Positions 20,269 to 32,416 of a stretch of 33,418 bases of DNA are shown here, in pieces. The stretch lies in NCBI GenBank assembly GCA_012862495.1, contig BLSG01000076.1:36354-69771 (forward strand). Reading direction: 5' to 3'. The translations under genes and the position numbers were made by a program. Source of the DNA: Thraustochytrium aureum. Taxonomy: Eukaryota. Numbering within the stretch: position 1 is the stretch's first letter; every line of letters begins with the position of its first letter. Below the pieces are notes generated by a model. That model was given only the letters and a program-made list of their open reading frames with translations. It was not told where the DNA came from and made no database searches.

Positions 20269-22296
20269 ATGGCGAGCGCGGACGAGGAGGACAAGAAGGG
20301 CGGCGAGGTTGTGTTTGCCGGGTATGCGAGCTGGAGCTTGGTCGGGAAGAATGGAAAGACGGGCGACTTTGATGGCGTGGAGGAGCAGATTTTGTGGGAC
20401 TTTCGGCGGTTGAACCCGCTGGTTGGCGTCAAGGTATCGAAGGTGGTGTCGGGACCGGTGGCATGCACCTGCGTTGCGCTTGCGGCGAGCGGAGCGTGCT
20501 ACGTGTGGGGCCGCAACAGCCACGGGCAGCTTGGATTGGGGCACAACACAAATGTGTACAACCCGACCATGGTGGAGATCCCAAACGGGGAGTCGGTCGC
20601 CGGCGGAGCGTGCGGACCCAACCACACCCTGCTGTTCTCGGCAACGGGTTCGCTTTTCGCTGCCGGAAACGGCAAGAGTGGCCAGCTTGGAATCGGGCGA
20701 AAGGTGGACAGCCTGAAAAAGTTTACGACGGTGAGCATCAACAGCGTGGTGACCGCCGTGGCCGCCGGCCGAGAGTTCAGCATGGTGGTCGACTCGAACG
20801 GCGTCATCTACTCGTTCGGGCACCCCGAGCACGGCTGCCTGGGCAACGGCTCCGAGAGCAAGATCTTGGAGCGCAGCAACAAATTCACGTTTGAGTGCGT
20901 GTCCTCGCCTACCCCCATCGTGGCCCTGCCGCGTACCTACGGGCCCGACGTCAAGATCGTTGACGTGGCTTGCGGGGCCAAGCACACGTGCGCGATGGAC
21001 TCGCAGGGCCGCATCTACACCTGGGGCTACGGCGCGTACGGCCGTCTCGGCCACAAGGACAACAAGAACCAGATGGAGCCCGTTGCCGTCGAGTTGTTCT
21101 CGTTCGAGCCGCCCCCCCTGCGTGACGACGTGCCAAAGTTCATGCAACGCCAGCAACCCAAAGTCCGCGCTACCCAGATCACCTGCGGAGGCACGGCCAC
21201 GTTTGTGGTGGCGGGAGAGCCGCACAACTCCCTCTACATGTTTGGCATCACCAAAAAGTCCGGCGAGGCGTCCCTGTACCCAACGCTCGTCAAGAACGTC
21301 GAGGGGTGGCGCGTCCGTAGCGTCTCTGTTGGCAACACGTCTGTCGCAGTGGCCTCCGAGCGGAGCCTCATCACCTGGGGCCCCAGCCCCACCTTTGGCG
21401 AGCTCGGCTATGGCGAGGACAAGCCAAAGTCCTCCACCGTCAGCAACGAAGTCGAGTACATCAAAGGCAGCCTGACGCTCCAGGTCGCGTCCGGCATGGC
21501 GCACACGCTCGCGATCATCGACATGGATGACGAGGTCAGCAAGAGCAAGGTTGAAGAGCTGCGTGTGTTTTCGCCCGAAGAGGTCAACCCAGCCGTTGCC
21601 AAGGCCAAGGCGGCCAAGGCAACGGCCGACCGCAAAGCCAAGCGCGACTCCGCAAAGGCCAAGAAGAACAATGCTGGCAGGAACGATGCGGAGGATGGCG
21701 AGGACGACGGCCTTGGAGAAAACAACGGCGACGATGACGAAGAGGGAGAGGACGAGGCGTNNNNNNNNNNNNNNNNNNNNNNNNNNNNNNNNNNNNNNNN
21801 NNNNNNNNNNNNNNNNNNNNNNNNNNNNNNNNNNNNNNNNNNNNNNNNNNNNNNNNNNNNNNNNNNNNNNNNNNNNNNNNNNNNNNNNNNNNNNNNNNNN
21901 NNNNNNNNNNNNNNNNNNNNNNNNNNNNNNNNNNNNNNNNNNNNNNNNNNNNNNNNNNNNNNNNNNNNNNNNNNNNNNNNNNNNNNNNNNNNNNNNNNNN
22001 NNNNNNNNNNNNNNNNNNNNNNNNNNNNNNNNNNNNNNNNNNNNNNNNNNNNNNNNNNNNNNNNNNNNNNNNNNNNNNNNNNNNNNNNNNNNNNNNNNNN
22101 NNNNNNNNNNNNNNNNNNNNNNNNNNNNNNNNNNNNNNNNNNNNNNNNNNNNNNNNNNNNNNNNNNNGCTGCCAGCAAGGCAAAGAGCGGGCGTGGCCGC
22201 CCGGCGCCGAAGAAGAAGGCCAAAAGTCAAGGGCGCGGTAGCGACTTGGTTGCAGCTGGCCTTGCGCCGTCGCAGCAGCATACTTCTTCTTTATGA
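20269..22296 (+). CDS. RCC2: RCC2 (TD-60)-like RCC1-repeat protein with acidic and basic C-terminal tail; spans the 21761-22167 gap; exact stop uncertain
   Basis: RCC1 repeats (WGRNSHGQLGLG, AGNGKSGQLG, FGHPEHGCLG, WGYGAYGRLGH) and the RCC2-diagnostic WGPSPTFGELGYGEDKPKSST. Confidence 0.9.
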   Translation: MASADEEDKKGGEVVFAGYASWSLVGKNGKTGDFDGVEEQILWDFRRLNPLVGVKVSKVVSGPVACTCVALAASGACYVWGRNSHGQLGLGHNTNVYNPTMVEIPNGESVAGGACGPNHTLLFSATGSLFAAGNGKSGQLGIGRKVDSLKKFTTVSINSVVTAVAAGREFSMVVDSNGVIYSFGHPEHGCLGNGSESKILERSNKFTFECVSSPTPIVALPRTYGPDVKIVDVACGAKHTCAMDSQGRIYTWGYGAYGRLGHKDNKNQMEPVAVELFSFEPPPLRDDVPKFMQRQQPKVRATQITCGGTATFVVAGEPHNSLYMFGITKKSGEASLYPTLVKNVEGWRVRSVSVGNTSVAVASERSLITWGPSPTFGELGYGEDKPKSSTVSNEVEYIKGSLTLQVASGMAHTLAIIDMDDEVSKSKVEELRVFSPEEVNPAVAKAKAAKATADRKAKRDSAKAKKNNAGRNDAEDGEDDGLGENNGDDDEEGEDEAXXXXXXXXXXXXXXXXXXXXXXXXXXXXXXXXXXXXXXXXXXXXXXXXXXXXXXXXXXXXXXXXXXXXXXXXXXXXXXXXXXXXXXXXXXXXXXXXXXXXXXXXXXXXXXXXXXXXXXXXXXXXXXXXXXXXXXXXAASKAKSGRGRPAPKKKAKSQGRGSDLVAAGLAPSQQHTSSL

Positions 22297-22662
22297 AGTC
22301 GGTGTGCAACTCGCCGACTGGCGGGCGACCGTGCATCCGTGCTGCCCGCGCCCAAGACTGCCGTCGGTCGTGCACCTTCTTTGTTGCGGCCAAGCAAGCG
22401 GCCATACAACAACGCCGACGAGGTCGAGACACTTGCTTGGAGCGCTTCTCCTTCGAATGATGCAAGCGTCAAGATTGGGCGCACGAAAACTAAGGCTGCT
22501 CAGGTTCACGAGCGCGCCAATCCGTACGGCGTGCAGACACGAGCAAAAAACAAAAAGCTAGCTATTCGGGTTGCCCGATGTCTGATCGATTGGGCAGGGC
22601 TTTGCCAGGAATCTTCGAGCTTGAGTCGGCCCAAAGCGTCCACCCGGCAAAACTTGCTAGAG

Positions 22663-25600
22663 CTAGATCATGAGCGACGAGAGCGGCGTCATCTTCACGT
22701 TCCCGTCCGCACCGCAGGTGTACAAAAAGTCGCGCGAAAACGCCAAGTCCGTCGTCCCGCGCTGGCTGATAAGCGACTCGGAGGTAACCCCGTTCATAAA
22801 CGTGTGCGTCGGATGCATGCCCGTGAGGTGCGCATGCGACATCGGGCGGCCACTGTGATAGGTCCAAAGTTTGACAGTCCCGTCAGTGCTCCCTGAACCG
22901 AAATAGTTGCCCTTGGAAGGGTGGACCGCCAGGGAGCGGATCGCCTTGTTGTGAACGTGCTCCTCCTCCATCAGCAGCGTGCGCTGACGAAGATCAAACA
23001 CTGCAAGCTGGCCGTTTCCACCCCCCACCAGCAACACTTGCTCGTCCTGCAGGTGCGCAACAGAGTATGCAGCAGTGTTGTGGCAGCAGCCCACTTTCGC
23101 GACACGGCACGAACGAGGAGGGAGGGACAAGTCCCAGAGGCAGAGGTTTTCCGAGTGTTGCGATTGGCCCACCGTCGCGACGATCGTCCCATTGTAGTTG
23201 AGGAACGAACAGTCCAGCGCGCGCTTGGTGTGGCATTGCAAGTTGCGGATCGGACTGTTCTCCCCCTCGTGGCACGCGTCCAAGCTCCAGATTAGCATCT
23301 GGCCGGCGCTGTCGCACCCTGCGAGCCGGACACCGTCCTCCGCAAAGCGGACCCGCGTCCCGTGGCCCGGCTTCCATGCCGTTCCACTTGACGGCTTATT
23401 GAAATGCGCAATCTGCGATTGCTGCTCTGCATCCACAAGAGAACAGCCCCCGTCCCAATTCGATGCTGCAAAGAAGGGGAGGAACGGGTGCGCCTCGACG
23501 TGCATCACGGTCCGCGAGACGTCCTCGTGCTTCTTGGCAATCTTGGAGAGCACCGAACGCTTGCCAGGACCGGCGGAGGAGGGGCGGGACAACGATGTTC
23601 CCGGCACGGCGGTTGGAGGCGTCTGCGAGCGAGGCGGCATCGACGCAGTCATCAGCCCCTCCTCGGCGTACTGGCCATTGCCTATGGCGGACCAAGGCGA
23701 ATCTGCCTTGGCGTGGCCAGCGCCGCTGCGGAGCAGAGCTTTGACTCGACGATGGGATGACACGTAGTGCACAAAACTGTCGCCATAGAGATTGCTGTTG
23801 AGCGGCATGCGAAGGTCCTCGCCCCACCACAGCGCGTCCGTGGTCTTGCTCACCATCAGCAGGGTCTTGGCAGAGCTGCTCCAAGCGTGCGCAAACTTGC
23901 TCGCGCCACCCTTGGACAAGCGCTTTCGCAGCGACGTCATGCGGCGAAGGCGGAGGTGCGGCCGCATCGGACGCGGAAGCAAGCTGACAGGGCTTACGCG
24001 GCGCTTGTGCTCCTTCGAAAGCGCTGCGTCGGGCGACCTCCAAGCACCGCTGAATGTCCTCCCGACGTTAATCTCGCGGGAAGACGGCAACGCCGAAGCC
24101 GACACCGGCTCGTTGTCGGCCAGAAGGTTGGCAGAGCTGTATGTGGCCATTGTATCCACTGTCGGCGCCTCGAAATGCGGCAAACGGTTGTCCGAGACCG
24201 AGCGGACACGGGGTCGAGCCGGCATTGACGCTCGCATGCCTGCTGTCATATCTGCAAGTGTGGGCGCAAAGTCTGATACGCTCGGGAAATCCCCGGCCAG
24301 TGACCTCGATGACCCGCCCTCGTCCTCCGACCCGAACGCAGTGTCCACCTCGTCGTCCTCGTCGTCAAACGTGAATCGCACCACCTCTGTGCCGCGTTCC
24401 GAAGCAACCACGATCGTGCCGTCCAGCGCGCCGATTGCGTCCACAGAGAGAATCAGCGATCCGCCTTGCGAGTGGACCACTTTGACGTTGCGAGCGCAAA
24501 AGATGGTCGGATCCGGGATGCACCCAGACCTCGCCCGCTCTTGGTCGAGCGAGCGGTCGGTCCACTGCGCCGTCGCATCGAGAATGCGCAGCTGCTCAGT
24601 TCCCTTTAGGAACCGCCACAGTTGGTGCTTGTCCTCGTCCTCGAACGCGCGCGACTTCAGCGACTCTAACCGTTTAGCGCCGATGTGCGACATCCCGATG
24701 GGGATATGAAACGTTTGCAGGTCGCTCAGGAGCGTCCAGTTCAGAGGCCAGCACGACTGCAAGAGCTCCTCGATGTAGACAGTGCAAAAGTCTTCCGTTG
24801 TTTCGCTCCTGAGCTTGTTGCCCGAGGTTGGCGTCCCGAGCCCGACAATCTCCTCCCGCTTGAGGATGAGGACACGCAGCATCGTTCGCATGCAGACCAC
24901 GTCCATGAGCCGCCGCGCGTAGGCCACTCCCCAGCTGGCGAGGTCATCGCCGTCCTCGTTGTCAGAGGAGGCGCCGCTCGCGTCGCTCTGCGCGGTGGCC
25001 TTTGCTCCGCTTGGGGTGCGGCTCAAGCTGCCGCTCGCGCTCCCCCCGGTCGTGCTTCCATCGCAACTTGCTCCGGCACTGCTCCCCCCCGCGCTGGCTT
25101 GGGCTGTGTATCCGGACGCGCTCGAGACGCTCATAGCGCTGCTCGTCGCAAAAGCTGCTGAGGTGTTGGTGCTCCAAGCCATTGCAGCTGGCCCTGACCG
25201 TGTAGAGCCAGCGGTGGAGTGCAGCGCGGTGCCGGAGGTGAACCGCCCGCTGCCGCCCATCCCGTACGCCTCGCGTAGGGTCCAGCCGAGAAGCTCTTCG
25301 TAGTCGAACCAGGACCCCGCAAGCTGCACCGCAGAGCTGCGGATAGACCCAATGTGAAAGTCGGGCGTCAGGAGGTACTTGATGAGCGGGAGCTGCTCCA
25401 TCAGGTAAGCGGAGCAGAGCAGGGCCACGCGCGCATACGCGTCGAACAGAGTGGCAAACTTTGCCGTCTTTGACGCCTCGACGGACGGGACGCCCGTCTC
25501 GTAGAGCACCGATCTCACCGAAACCGACAGGTCCATAAAGAACACGGCGTATGCAGCGAGACGGCGACCCGGCAGCAGGTGGCGCTCGCAAGAGGCTTGC

Positions 25601-28600
25601 GAGTCGATGCGGTTCTGCCCGAGGGAGATAAAGGACGACATGACCGAGTTCATGAGTTGCTCGAGGCGCAAAAGGAACGACCCGTCTCGGCGACCCAGCA
25701 TGCGGACCACGGTGAACTCGATGGCAATGTGGTTTGAGGACCGCGACACCTTCCAGAGAGATTCAAGCACGTCCCCACGGTCGCAAAAGGCGAGCCGGTC
25801 CAGGACCGCGTCGAGGTCTTCATTGAGGCGGGCCACCTCGGTATCCGAGCGGACCATCCCCCAGCGAACCGCATTTGGTTTGCTGGGCTGGTCCTCGGCG
25901 CTTCCCGATGTGTGCCCTTCGAGTGGAGGCGCAGTTGCGTCATTCAAACCCTTGCGGGCGTCCGCAGCGTCCCCGACAGAACCAGCCGAGCCTCCTTTGC
26001 TGCTCGAGGGCGCAGTTTCCCCGACCGAGCCCGACCGCACCTTTGCGCGAGCCTCTGCCTGCTGTGCTGCGGCGAGCTCATCCTCGGCAGCAATCTCTTC
26101 CGCCTCCTCCTGGTCCTGGTCAGTTAGCGCAGCACGGTGCTTGTCAATCAAAAACGGATGGAACGCTTGGGCAGCGAGGCGGATGCGCCAGCGAGAAACG
26201 CAACCCTTGCAGAGCCCCGAGTCGATCGAATCGAGCTGGTGCAGCGAAAGGAGCGGGACCCCAATGGACGCCAGGTGGCTTGCAGCGCGCTGCATGCTCT
26301 CATGCAGGACGCGTTTCGCGAATCCGTGACGCTTGAGATCCTCGAGTCCCGTGCTGCGGCGCGCGTCATTTAGCAGCGTGCGAACGTACACAGGCTCGAG
26401 CGTGTTGAAGCTCGTAGTGAGCGTGGGAAAGCTCGTCTGTTCGAGGCTCCTGATGAGCTCGCGAGATACCTTGGCGCTCTTCAGCAAGCCCTCCACGTCA
26501 TCAAAGAGATGGCCCTGGGCCTCTACGCAGCCGTCTGACGCGGCGGGCTCGTACGAACGCAGAAACGAGACGCGATCCGACACGAACGCGAGCAAGGCTT
26601 TGTCGTGTTGACCCAAAGCCGAGTTGCATAGCGAGGCGAGCCAGGGGTCGCCGGTGTGCAGGGCTAGCGGCCTGACTGTATTGCTCCAAATCGACTCTTG
26701 CACAGGACCCCAGTCGCCCTCCACGATCTTGCACAGAAAGATGGCCAGCTGGTAATCGCCGAGGTTCTTGACGCAGATATTGGCCGCCTCGGAGAGCCGC
26801 CCGCCAAGCATGAAAAACGAGGCCGCGTCCGACCAGCGCTGCTGCTTGAGCAGGCTGAACGCGTTCTTGACGGCGACTGTTTGCCAGTGCGGGTCAGCAA
26901 AGTCGTTTGCCAGGAGCTCCGCGGCACGCGTGTTCTTGACCAAGCGAAAGAGACCACTAACAACGCTTGCCTTGCCAAGTGCAAAATAGAAGAGTGAGCA
27001 CGCGAACGGGTCGCGCGAGCTGCGCTGGTATTGCACCTTGGCGAGCTGCTCTGCGACGGTGCGTGCAGCGATCCCGCTTTTCAGCCAAAGCCCAAGCCCA
27101 GTCCGCTTGGCGTCGTCCCAAGCAACTTGGCTCGGCGGTGCACATTGCGCCAGGAGAGCGTCCTGGCTGTCCGAGTCGAAGGCCCACACGACGTCTGCGG
27201 TCAACATCGCACGTGGGCGCTCGGCCGGGTTCAAGCNNNNNNNNNNNNNNNNNNNNNNNNNNNNNNNNNNNNNNNNNNNNNNNNNNNNNNNNNNNNNNNN
27301 NNNNNNNNNNNNNNNNNNNNNNNNNNNNNNNNNNNNNNNNNNNNNNNNNNNNNNNNNNNNNNNNNNNNNNNNNNNNNNNNNNNNNNNNNNNNNNNNNNNN
27401 NNNNNNNNNNNNNNNNNNNNNNNNNNNNNNNNNNNNNNNNNNNNNNNNNNNNNNNNNNNNNNNNNNNNNNNNNNNNNNNNNNNNNNNNNNNNNNNNNNNN
27501 NNNNNNNNNNNNNNNNNNNNNNNNNNNNNNNNNNNNNNNCTTGACTTGGGCTGGTTGATCGAATTTAGGGCAGCTTCCCAGGGGTCGTCCTCGAACAGCG
27601 AAGCAGCTTCGCCGCGAACCACGGAGCTGCCGCCGAAGCCCCCATACCCGCCTCCAAAGAAAAAGTCGTCGCCCGTGCTGTCGAACAGTGAATCTGCAGT
27701 CTCCGCCCCGGCCTCACCACCGTAATTGGTCTCGTCCGGTGTTCGTCCGATTTCCGAATCAGAGCTCGAGGGGTCGCTTGCGGCAGCCGACCCCTGCGCG
27801 GCGTTGCGCAAGCTAGCGTCCTCCAAAATGTCTTTGAGCGAAACCCTGGGCGGGTGCACGATCAGGGCGCGTTTGGGAGGTGTCTCGTCGTCGCCATACA
27901 GTTGAGCGTTGTCATCTTTGCGTCGCTTGATCGCTGCCAAGATGGCCTGCAAGACTTTGCGGACAGGCTTGACCCAGCCAGCGCGAAGCATCTCGACGAG
28001 GGCCTGCGGCTGGTGGAAAGCAAGAGGCATTTGCATCCCCACCGCAACGTCGCCTACGCTATTGACCGCCTCCAGCTGCATCGTTGGCGTGGAGCTCGCG
28101 AGCTTGCCGTCGAGTTCCAACATGCGCCGGACCTTGTTGAGCTCCTTTGCTGCTTCGACGCTACCGGGCTGGCGGACCCATCCCTGGAAAAGGTGAATCT
28201 CCGCGTCTGATGCGACGGCCATCCCAAAGTCGCGTCCTGACCAGGCTATGCCTCGAACGGACCGCCCAGAGAGCACCGTGAACGTGGAGCAGATTAGCTT
28301 GTACGAGACGAGCCTTGTCGAGTCCACGCGCCCGAGCGCTGGCGACGAGCGCTCCACGGAGTAGACAAGGACCTTGGGAGTGTGCCCGACGACGTGCCCT
28401 TCGCCGGCCGGGTCGAACACGTGCTCGAGGACAGCGATACCGATGATGTCGACGCCCCCACCGAGATAAAGTCCTACAGCAGACTCCACCTGGCACGGGC
28501 CTACCTCATCCGCGGGGTCGATGATACTCCCGAGCGCAAAGTGCAAGTGGCAGAGCCCCGGATGCCACACCTTGACCCGATTTGAGGCGTGCACCGTGAG

Positions 28601-31557
28601 AATCTTTCCGGATGCGGAGCTGGACACTGACGTGACAGGATCTGGCTCAGAATCCGCGGCGCGGTCCGTGGCGGCCACAAGAGCAAACCGGCCGCTCTCC
28701 GTCGCTCTGCCACTTGCGCCACCGAGGAGGCGGACGGTGCCGTCTTCACAAGCGGCGATGGCCAGCACGCCGTGGCGCAGCAGCTGCTTGTCCTTGACGC
28801 CGCACACGCACGAGGCCTGGGATCCCCGGTGTGGTCGGCGCAGTGAACGACGCGCACCGCGCCGTCAACGAAACTCACCTTGTATAGCGCCAGCGTGTCC
28901 CCGTGATCGGCCGAGAGGCCAACAAACACGTTAAAGTGCACGTCCCGCACAACGAAGAGGCCCTGCGCAGCGACCGAAACATTTCGCCGCACGATGCTGA
29001 CGCGGCGCCAGCGCTGCGGACCCCCGCGGGCCAGGATATCGCCCACAAAGGCGCCGACGCGCTCCCAGATCTCCAATGCGCCGTGCGCGGTCACGATCGC
29101 GGCGACAAGATGGCCAGGCTCCACCTCAGAACAGCAGGCGTATCTCGCCGAGCCTTGCCGAGGCAGGGGGAGGGAGCTACGCCGATTGAGCGCGTCGGCA
29201 TCGACCTCCTCGTCTCTTGCACCAGAGCGAACTGGCCAGGCCAGCGAGAGGCCCTGAACGTCAACCGAGGTAACCCAGAACGCCTCCTCCACAGCAGAAA
29301 AGTTTCTGGACACGTCGACGACGCTTTCCGCAGTCATTCGCACGATTTCGCAAGTATGCGCCCGGGCCAAACAGAGGTCCTCTTGCATCACGATGCCGTA
29401 CGCGGAGCGCGCGGCTTCCTCGTCCGCCTCTGCAAACGTGTACATGAGACCATATTCGGAGAGGGAGACCACCTCAATGTTCTTGGGGTTGATGTCGAAG
29501 ACTGAGGTAGAGGGCCATGCGTCGCGCTCTGCATGAGGGTCAAATTCTTGCGTAATCCTGCATGTCGCCGCGAGGTCGACAAACACGGGGTGGAGGGGGG
29601 TTCCATAGACGCGGCCGTCGTTGGCAAGGTCGACATCGCTCTGTTCCAAGGCATCCGCGCCGTCGCGCTCGAGCAGGCTAGCGTTGCGAAGCGCGGCTGC
29701 CGAGATCTTCTCTTCGCCTCCAACATCCGGGTCGTCCGTGATGACGGCCATGTCGAGCACATTTTGCAGGGCCAGATCGTCGTCGGCTGCCCGCTCGCCG
29801 GCGAGGCCAGCTGAACGCGGGCTCGCCGAGAGGGCCGAGCTAGCGCGCAAACGGCGCGGCTTGGGCCTGTACCGCGAGTGGCAAATGTCTTCAGAGCGCT
29901 TGAGCATGTACGGCGACGGCGCCGGAACGTAGTTTTGTTTGAAGATGGTCTTGGTGGATTGGCTCCACGGCAGGCAGTGTATGTCGCGGCGCGGCGAGTC
30001 GCTAAGGCCTTCGATGCTCCACATGCACACCTTGCCAGTCTCGGTGACGGCCACGATCCAGTCTAGCGAGCTCCTGGCCTCCTGCGCAATTGGGCCCGTT
30101 CGCAGCTCGGCAGACTTGCGCTGGTGCAGGCCCCACACCGTGGACATGTGGGCCGAGGCGCGAAAGAAGGGGCTCCCGCTGCGAAAGCCCATCATGAAGT
30201 CCTCTCGCTCCATGCAGTACGAGTTGTGCTCTGGGAATGGCGACCGAAGGCCCTCAAAGTAGTTGATAAACTGGAGCCAGCCAACGCTCGTGACGCGTTG
30301 CTGGAGGTCGATATTGGTGGCCACAAACATCGAGAGCTCCTCGGTTTGCGGGTCGCTCTCTTGCCAGACGCGGATCACCTGGTCCCGGCACAGCGTCACC
30401 AGTGACTGAGGTGTGTGCGAGCCTCGTGGTTTGGCGTGCAAAGACGAGGCGTTGGCGCGTGGGCGCCAGCGCACTGTGACGACGGCCTTGGGGTGGTACA
30501 GCGAGAGGTAGTCGAGGTTGTCGAAGAGCGACTGGCCCTCAAACCAGACCCTCACCTCGACGCTGGCTTTGCTCACGGTCGCAAACATTCGTCCGTCGGC
30601 GCTAAAGTCGCAGAGGGTTACTGGCTCGTCAGCGCCGCAATTGAGCACCCAGCTGGCGTCGAAAAGAGCGGCCTTTTCCGGCCCGCCGAGCCCGCTCGCG
30701 CTGTCCACGCTGGCCGCATCGCCTGTGGGTTGCGCTGCGGCGGACATGGCAGGGGACCTGGCCATAAGGACGCGCTGATGCCGCTCGGAGAAGGAGGCCA
30801 TGCCGGTGCTGGCGGTCGCTACGCTCTCATTGGCACTGGTGCCACAGCCTAGGTTGGTCTGCGAGGCGTCCGGGGACCAGAGGATGACCTGAGCGCCGCC
30901 GGAGACGAGGTGGTGGCCCTCTGGTGCCCACGAAAGTGACAAGACCTCGCCAGTGGGCTCGAGTACTGACACGAGCTCCCACTCGCACGTGTCATTGTCC
31001 GAAGGGTAGAAGATGGAGATGCGCCCGTACGTGCCTACGGCAAAACCGGCACAATACCGCGCGTCCGAGTCAAGCGGGTGTTCGCCGAGCTTGTTACTCG
31101 GTGGTTTGCACCATGCAAGCGCCGTGATGCTCCAGTGCGAGTGGGCGCCGCCCCCGACGTCACCGCTCCCGGCCTTTACGCCGCCTCCCTCTTCTGTCTC
31201 GTACCGAGGTGTTGCCGGGCTGCCAAAGTCTCGTTCCATGTGCGACCGCAAATGGATGGTTTGCCACAGCGAGAAGGTCTTCTTCTGGCTTGATGCACCA
31301 GCGGATCCATTGCAGAGAATCGAGATGTGCCCTTCCGTAGATCCGACCACGGCCCACTCGCGCCCCGCGTGCAGACCCCAGCAAAAGGTCGGCTCGCACG
31401 CCGGAATCAGCCGCCGCTGGATAATCTTTGGAGCCGCGCTGTGCTTCCTGCGTTGCGAAGCGCTGGGCGACGCACTCCCATTCGCCTGCTCCACATAGTT
31501 GTGCGAGATCCGCTGCGCTGCCGAATCATCCTGCCTCCCTCTCGCGGCTCCCCGCAG
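22663..31557 (-). CDS. DMXL: Rabconnectin-3alpha / DMXL / RAVE subunit Rav1 homologue (roughly 3000 aa); start probably in the 31558-32341 gap; spans the 27237-27539 gap; apparent 1-nt deletion near 28824-28827
   Basis: Rav1p_C signature RDPFACSLFYFALGK...LFR...NDFADPHWQTVAVKNAFSLLKQQRWSDAASFFMLGG...LGDYQLAIFLCKIVEG. N-terminal WD40s (LYHPKAVVTVRWRP, LVTLCRDQVIRVWQE) and C-terminal WD40s (NLCLWDL, GSGSTDGTVKLW, LYTCGADGNVK). Confidence 0.92.
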
Positions 31558-32341
31558 NNNNNNNNNNNNNNNNNNNNNNNNNNNNNNNNNNNNNNNNNNN
31601 NNNNNNNNNNNNNNNNNNNNNNNNNNNNNNNNNNNNNNNNNNNNNNNNNNNNNNNNNNNNNNNNNNNNNNNNNNNNNNNNNNNNNNNNNNNNNNNNNNNN
31701 NNNNNNNNNNNNNNNNNNNNNNNNNNNNNNNNNNNNNNNNNNNNNNNNNNNNNNNNNNNNNNNNNNNNNNNNNNNNNNNNNNNNNNNNNNNNNNNNNNNN
31801 NNNNNNNNNNNNNNNNNNNNNNNNNNNNNNNNNNNNNNNNNNNNNNNNNNNNNNNNNNNNNNNNNNNNNNNNNNNNNNNNNNNNNNNNNNNNNNNNNNNN
31901 NNNNNNNNNNNNNNNNNNNNNNNNNNNNNNNNNNNNNNNNNNNNNNNNNNNNNNNNNNNNNNNNNNNNNNNNNNNNNNNNNNNNNNNNNNNNNNNNNNNN
32001 NNNNNNNNNNNNNNNNNNNNNNNNNNNNNNNNNNNNNNNNNNNNNNNNNNNNNNNNNNNNNNNNNNNNNNNNNNNNNNNNNNNNNNNNNNNNNNNNNNNN
32101 NNNNNNNNNNNNNNNNNNNNNNNNNNNNNNNNNNNNNNNNNNNNNNNNNNNNNNNNNNNNNNNNNNNNNNNNNNNNNNNNNNNNNNNNNNNNNNNNNNNN
32201 NNNNNNNNNNNNNNNNNNNNNNNNNNNNNNNNNNNNNNNNNNNNNNNNNNNNNNNNNNNNNNNNNNNNNNNNNNNNNNNNNNNNNNNNNNNNNNNNNNNN
32301 NNNNNNNNNNNNNNNNNNNNNNNNNNNNNNNNNNNNNNNNN

Positions 32342-32416
32342 GGCGTTGAGCGCCTGCTGCTGCGCGTCGGCGTTGAGCGTCTGCTGCTGCGCGTGGGCGT
32401 TGAGCGTCTGCTGCTG
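32342..32416. repeat. 27-bp tandem repeat (at least 2.8 copies) abutting an assembly gap
   Basis: GGCGTTGAGCG(C/T)CTGCTGCTGCGCGT(C/G) at 32342, 32369 and 32396 (partial). Confidence 0.9.

Noticed and set aside
16039..22296. Dad1 and RCC2 as a mitotic gene cluster
   Set aside because: Two genes separated by an unrelated gene are not evidence of clustering without synteny data.
5892..31498. Long antisense ORFs overlapping SQS, kinase, ankyrin, RCC2 and DMXL
   Set aside because: Shadow ORFs expected from GC-rich codon usage.
32342..32416. CRISPR-like array
   Set aside because: Units are directly adjacent with no spacers, in a eukaryotic context with no cas genes.
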